Source: Promethearchaeota archaeon Loki_b32
GTDB lineage: Archaea; Asgardarchaeota; Lokiarchaeia; Sigyniarchaeales; SOKP01
DNA: 64,000 nucleotides
NCBI GenBank assembly: GCA_005223125.1
Contig: NJBH01000008.1
Coordinates: 1 to 64,000 of the forward strand
Direction: 5' to 3'
The position numbers and the translations under genes are program-made. The notes beneath the pieces were generated by a model. It did no database searches and was not told the origin of the DNA. It worked only from the letters and a program-made list of their open reading frames with translations. Shown here in pieces: positions 61,166 to 64,000 of the stretch; within the stretch, counting starts at the first letter, position 1; each line of letters begins with the position of its first letter.

Positions 61166-62503
61166 TTAAAATGCTGTAGTAATCAATGCCTTTGTGCCAT
61201 GTCTTTGAGCTTCTTGGAGAATTTTCATTGCTTCCTCAAATGATAAAGGTGTTAAATCAATTGCACTAATACCACTTAATTTAAGTTGAGCAGTAATAGT
61301 TTCAGCTAGATTATTGCAAGCACCTGAAAAATATACGTTTCTCCTACCAAATTCATTTCTAAGTCCTTTTCCAACTTCGTCTATAGCGCAATAACCTGCT
61401 ACTAAACCTTTAGTAAAACCTTCTGATTTCAATTGATTGATGAGATCATCATCATGTCCCTTTCCCATAACTATAAACCACCCCCCTTTAAACTTTTCCG
61501 GATAATCAAAAGCTAACATTTGTAAAATTGTTAATGGATTGTTTTGACATCCTTCTCTACACAATAAATCTTTCCCTTTCACAATTTTAACATTTTCAGG
61601 AAATTTTTGAAGCAAATCCCAATCATATACTTCTTTAAACTCTTCTAAATCCTTTCCAATGACTTTTATTTTACTTAAATCTCCTTCTCCAAGCCCTCGT
61701 TCATACGCTATTTTTAAATGGGGTATTTTATCAATTTTTAAGCCAAATATTCTTGCTCCTACTACGTCAACTGCTAAAGTATCTCTCCCGCCAATTAAAA
61801 TATTAAAAGGAATCACTAGTTTATCTTCCCATGCTGTAGGAGGATAATGTCCATGAATAGTTCCTTCAGTCCCATCAATAAGAGTAATATCTGGTTTTAT
61901 TACTTCATAAACATCTACTAATTTTGAATGCAAGTTAAAATTATGGTCTTTTCCACGATCAGCATGTTGAGGAAAACCCCATTGATTTTTAATACCTAAT
62001 GTAACCACTGCCATGGAATGAGTTTTTAGTTTTGGGATATTAATATATGTTATCGAATCTCTGTTTTCCATTATCTTTACCACCGTTTTGGGCAATCTGT
62101 AAGTCATCAAATTATATCCCTTCGGATCTTCTTTAGCTGAAAGTTTACTTTTAAATTCAAAGGTTTCTGTATCTTCTTCGTCTAAGTATATAATTTTTGC
62201 TCCAGTCTTTTCACATACATCTTTATAACCATTTAAAGTAAAAACCATCCGAGTAAAATTCGCTTGTGTAGAATTTTCCATAACACTTATATCCGCACCG
62301 ATTGATTTGAGATATTTAATTACCGCTTCTAACACGATTGGAGATGTATATGTATGTTTCTTGAAATCGATGCCATTTACTTTTATATATACTTCATTAG
62401 AACTTTTAAGAATTGGTAGTCCTGTTTTTTCAAGGTAATTAAAAAACTCTTTAACTGCTTTATCTATCGATTCTGTGGTATCTGTAATAAAAACTTTTGA
62501 CAT
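61166..62503 (-). CDS. DUF362-domain Fe-S protein
   Basis: NIPKLKTH, TLGIKN, LIDG, DTLAVD, CREGC...GYC...GAC. Confidence 0.85.
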   Translation of the reverse strand: MSKVFITDTTESIDKAVKEFFNYLEKTGLPILKSSNEVYIKVNGIDFKKHTYTSPIVLEAVIKYLKSIGADISVMENSTQANFTRMVFTLNGYKDVCEKTGAKIIYLDEEDTETFEFKSKLSAKEDPKGYNLMTYRLPKTVVKIMENRDSITYINIPKLKTHSMAVVTLGIKNQWGFPQHADRGKDHNFNLHSKLVDVYEVIKPDITLIDGTEGTIHGHYPPTAWEDKLVIPFNILIGGRDTLAVDVVGARIFGLKIDKIPHLKIAYERGLGEGDLSKIKVIGKDLEEFKEVYDWDLLQKFPENVKIVKGKDLLCREGCQNNPLTILQMLAFDYPEKFKGGWFIVMGKGHDDDLINQLKSEGFTKGLVAGYCAIDEVGKGLRNEFGRRNVYFSGACNNLAETITAQLKLSGISAIDLTPLSFEEAMKILQEAQRHGTKALITTAF

Positions 62504-62663
62504 AAAATATCACCAATTTTTATTAATAGTGAGAAGTAGAAAAAGATTATGAAACTTTCTTTTGGTCTTTATATTTTGAAATAAAAAGGTTTTTAAGTCT
62601 TGACATATATCAAATAAAATATATATCGAAGTATGAGATATTCCAAAAAATAAGGGAATATAG

Positions 62664-63227
62664 ATGGCAGAAAAAATTGCTGAGAAATTTGAAAATGCTA
62701 TGAAAGCAGGATTTATTAGTTCCCTTATATTAATTGTTCTTGAAAAAAATCCTTCTTACGGTTATAAAATTGGTAAAGAAATTGAAAAACGTACTTTAGG
62801 GATATGGGATCCACCATCATCGACTATTTATACAGTACTAAAAGGTATGACGAAAAAGCAATTGATAACATTTAAAGAACAGCAAATTGAAGAAGGAAGG
62901 AATAGGAAAATTTATGAAATTACTCAAAAAGGTAAAGCAACCTTGAAGTTAATGCTTGAAAAGCATAAAGTTATTGAAGAATCATTTGAAACACTAAAAA
63001 CTGCAATGTTAGGTGATGAAAAGGGAGTTTTACCAAAGGGGTATCATAAAATCAGTCCATTAAGACTTATATTAACTAGACTAGATGAAAAATCAGTTGA
63101 AGAACAATTAGAATTTCTCGAACTCCAAAAATTGATAATTTCTCGAGATAGGAAGAAATTAGGAGAGCAATTTCAAAGAATTGAAGAAAGAATAGACAAA
63201 TTAAAAGAAAAATTAAAAAGTAAATAA
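62664..63227 (+). CDS. PadR family transcriptional regulator
   Basis: YGYKI, STIYTVL, RKIYEITQKG. Confidence 0.92.
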   Translation: MAEKIAEKFENAMKAGFISSLILIVLEKNPSYGYKIGKEIEKRTLGIWDPPSSTIYTVLKGMTKKQLITFKEQQIEEGRNRKIYEITQKGKATLKLMLEKHKVIEESFETLKTAMLGDEKGVLPKGYHKISPLRLILTRLDEKSVEEQLEFLELQKLIISRDRKKLGEQFQRIEERIDKLKEKLKSK

Positions 63228-63230
63228 AAA

Positions 63231-64000
63231 ATGAGCCATAATATAATTGAAGTACAAAATCTCACTAAAATTTATGAACAAGGGAATGTATTAGCCGTTG
63301 ATGATGTGAGTTTTAATATAAAGAAAGGTGAGATATTTGCTTTATTAGGTCCAAATGGTGCTGGCAAAACTACGACTATAAGTGTACTTGCTACATTATT
63401 ATCTTCTACAAAGGGTAAAGCATTTGTAAATGATTACGATGTTAATAAAGATCCTGATAAAGTTAGAAAAAGCATAGGTATTGTTTTTCAAGAACCCTCC
63501 TTAGATGGTGAGATGAAAGGATGGGAGAATTTAGAATTACATTCAATTCTTTATGGGATGCCTAAAAAAGAGAGACAAGCTAAAATACAAGAAGTATTAA
63601 AATTAGTTGATCTTGATGATAGGGCAAATACCTTTGTAAAGAATTTTTCAGGTGGGATGAAAAGGCGTTTAGAAATCGCTCGTGGATTAATCCATGAACC
63701 AAAAGTTCTATTTTTAGATGAGCCTACTTTGGGATTAGATCCTCAAACACGCAGAAAGATATGGGATAAGATTAAAGAATTGAATAAAGGAAACTCAAAA
63801 ATTACAATCTTAATTACTACACATTACATGGAGGAGGCAGATGAGCTCGCAGATAGAATTTGTATTATGGACCATGGCAAAATTATTGCTATGGATACAT
63901 CTGAAAATCTTAAAAAGCAATTATCTGGAGATGTTATTGATATTCTATTTGAAAATGTTGAGGAAAGGTTTAGAGTTCCAATAATTATTAACCAAATAAA
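63231..64000 (+). CDS. DrrA-type ABC exporter ATPase (truncated by the window end; absent from the ORF track)
   Basis: MSHNIIEVQNLTKIY..., GPNGAGKTT, FSGGMKRRLEIARGL, FLDEPTLGLDP, TTHYMEEAD. Confidence 0.93.
   Translation, partial: MSHNIIEVQNLTKIYEQGNVLAVDDVSFNIKKGEIFALLGPNGAGKTTTISVLATLLSSTKGKAFVNDYDVNKDPDKVRKSIGIVFQEPSLDGEMKGWENLELHSILYGMPKKERQAKIQEVLKLVDLDDRANTFVKNFSGGMKRRLEIARGLIHEPKVLFLDEPTLGLDPQTRRKIWDKIKELNKGNSKITILITTHYMEEADELADRICIMDHGKIIAMDTSENLKKQLSGDVIDILFENVEERFRVPIIINQI

Overview
AT-rich archaeal chromosomal window, almost certainly from an Asgard archaeon (Lokiarchaeia). It carries a Loki-type profilin, six Rab/Ras-like small GTPases, several longin-like proteins, two V4R proteins, CDC48, TBP, a PSTK-like kinase, tetraether synthase and Arg/Ile/Cys-tRNA synthetases. 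I found no rRNA, tRNA, CRISPR array or transposase. The strongest unexplained signals are non-coding. (1) A 24-codon leader ORF (49099-49173, MNKNTKFLGFTQNMIKIISTIIII*) has 7 Ile in its last 10 codons, lies directly upstream of ileS, and sits within mutually exclusive RNA helices; this is the architecture of a ribosome-mediated amino-acid attenuator, which to my knowledge is barely documented in archaea. (2) A ~120-nt structured element occurs twice (1611-1730 and 56489-56614), with compensatory base changes and an invariant U-rich core resembling an Sm-binding site. Also notable are two independent clusters of small GTPases with V4R (TRAPP Bet3-fold) proteins, a protein made of ~10 tandem 35-aa repeats, and a thrice-repeated ~55-bp gene fragment in the accessory region at the window start. 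All family assignments come from motif recognition by eye; no searches were run.
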